Assembly: GCA_965223845.1 (NCBI GenBank)
Contig: CBDCXR010000004.1
Coordinates: 6,752,001-6,816,000 of the forward strand
Source: Planctomycetota bacterium
GTDB taxonomy: Bacteria; Planctomycetota; UBA8108; SXIK01
DNA: 64,000 nt
Direction of reading: 5' to 3'
Below the pieces are notes generated by a model. That model was not told where the DNA came from, ran no database searches, and saw only the letters and a list, made by a program, of their open reading frames with translations. Each line of letters starts with the position of its first letter. Position 1 is the stretch's first letter. Below are positions 63,099-64,000 of this stretch, piece by piece. The position numbers and the translations under genes were made by a program.

Positions 63099-64000
63099 CT
63101 AGCCCGTAGCCGCGCGTTGCCACTGCGCAAGGAAGAACCCGTCCGTCCGCGAGCGAACTGGGTCGAGGCGGATCCAATCGCCGACGAAGCACTCGGAGGG
63201 AAGTCGCTTCGCAGCCCACACCGAGCGGTACGGCGTGAAGTGTGCGTGCGCGGAAGCAAACTTCTCCGCGACATCCTCGTTCTCCTCACGAAGAAGCGCG
63301 CAGGTCGAGTAGGCGAGCCGTCCGCCGGGTTTCACGAGAGGAGCGAATCGCGTGAGGATCTCGAGCTGGAGCGCCGCGAAGCGCGCGACATCGTCCGGTC
63401 CGTAGCGACGCTTGAGATCGGGATTTCGGCGGAGAGTGCCGAGGCCGCTGCAGGGTGCGTCGACGAGAACGAGGTCCGCCGCGGGGATGCGATCCTCGAC
63501 GCACGTCTGTCCTTCGCCCGAATCCGCTTCGTCGAGCGGGACGATATCGACCCACGACTCCATCTCTGCTTCGCGCACGCGGCGCTCGAGCTCGGTGAGC
63601 TTCCGTCTGTCGATGTCCGCGGCGTAGAGCCGCGTGCGGTTCCATGCCCCGAGGGGATCAGCTTCGCGTGGCGCACCGAGGAGCAGATCACCGAGGATGA
63701 GGCACTTTCCGCCTGCGCCTGCGCACGCGTCGACGATCGTCGTTCCCGGCGCGGCGTCGAGGGCCAGCGCGACGACTTGACTCCCCTCGTCGGCGATCTC
63801 GATCCAGTGACGCCGATTGGCGCGAGTTCCCGTGAGATTCTTCCGCGCGGCGAGACGAAGTCCGATCGGGCTCCAGGGCGTCAGCTCTACGGCGACGTCG
63901 AGCTCCGCTTCGAGACTCTCCTGCACGCGCGAGCGTTCCGTGCGGCGCCGGTGGATCCTCAGGTCGACCGTAGCTTCGGCGGCGAGCGCGGCGGCGAGCC
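63099..64000 (-). CDS. RsmB/NOP-family RNA m5C methyltransferase (5' truncated by window edge)
   Basis: VDACAGAGGK, VLVDAPCSGLGTLRRNPD, YSTC, TDGFF; frame is open to the window edge. Confidence 0.9.
   Translation of the reverse strand, partial: LAAALAAEATVDLRIHRRRTERSRVQESLEAELDVAVELTPWSPIGLRLAARKNLTGTRANRRHWIEIADEGSQVVALALDAAPGTTIVDACAGAGGKCLILGDLLLGAPREADPLGAWNRTRLYAADIDRRKLTELERRVREAEMESWVDIVPLDEADSGEGQTCVEDRIPAADLVLVDAPCSGLGTLRRNPDLKRRYGPDDVARFAALQLEILTRFAPLVKPGGRLAYSTCALLREENEDVAEKFASAHAHFTPYRSVWAAKRLPSECFVGDWIRLDPVRSRTDGFFLAQWQRAATG

Overview
High-GC bacterial window, most likely from an uncultured Planctomycetota-type genome. This is inferred from the dockerin/cohesin/lamin-tail/CotH secreted proteins, a PQQ-propeller protein, a sulfatase, a squalene-oxidase-repeat plus DUF4175-like pair, a long HU, and 'cacgaag' intergenic palindromes. 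It holds about 47 mostly ordinary genes, including the gltD 3' end, a sulfite/nitrite reductase, moaA, polX, rpiB, an ABC exporter pair and an HD-GYP protein. Main finding: two adjacent ORFs (51770-52411 and 52427-52675) form one secreted LolA/LppX-like reading frame interrupted by a single in-frame UGA in a C-x4-UGA context. A bacterial SECIS-like hairpin follows the UGA, so this is a candidate new selenoprotein family. Other candidates: (i) a sigma54-dependent small RNA just downstream of a GAF-GAF sigma54 activator; (ii) a structured intergenic RNA region ending in three copies of a conserved 13-mer plus terminator; (iii) a RAYT-like HUH transposase next to GTAG-led repeats. All family calls come from motif recognition by eye; no database searches were run.
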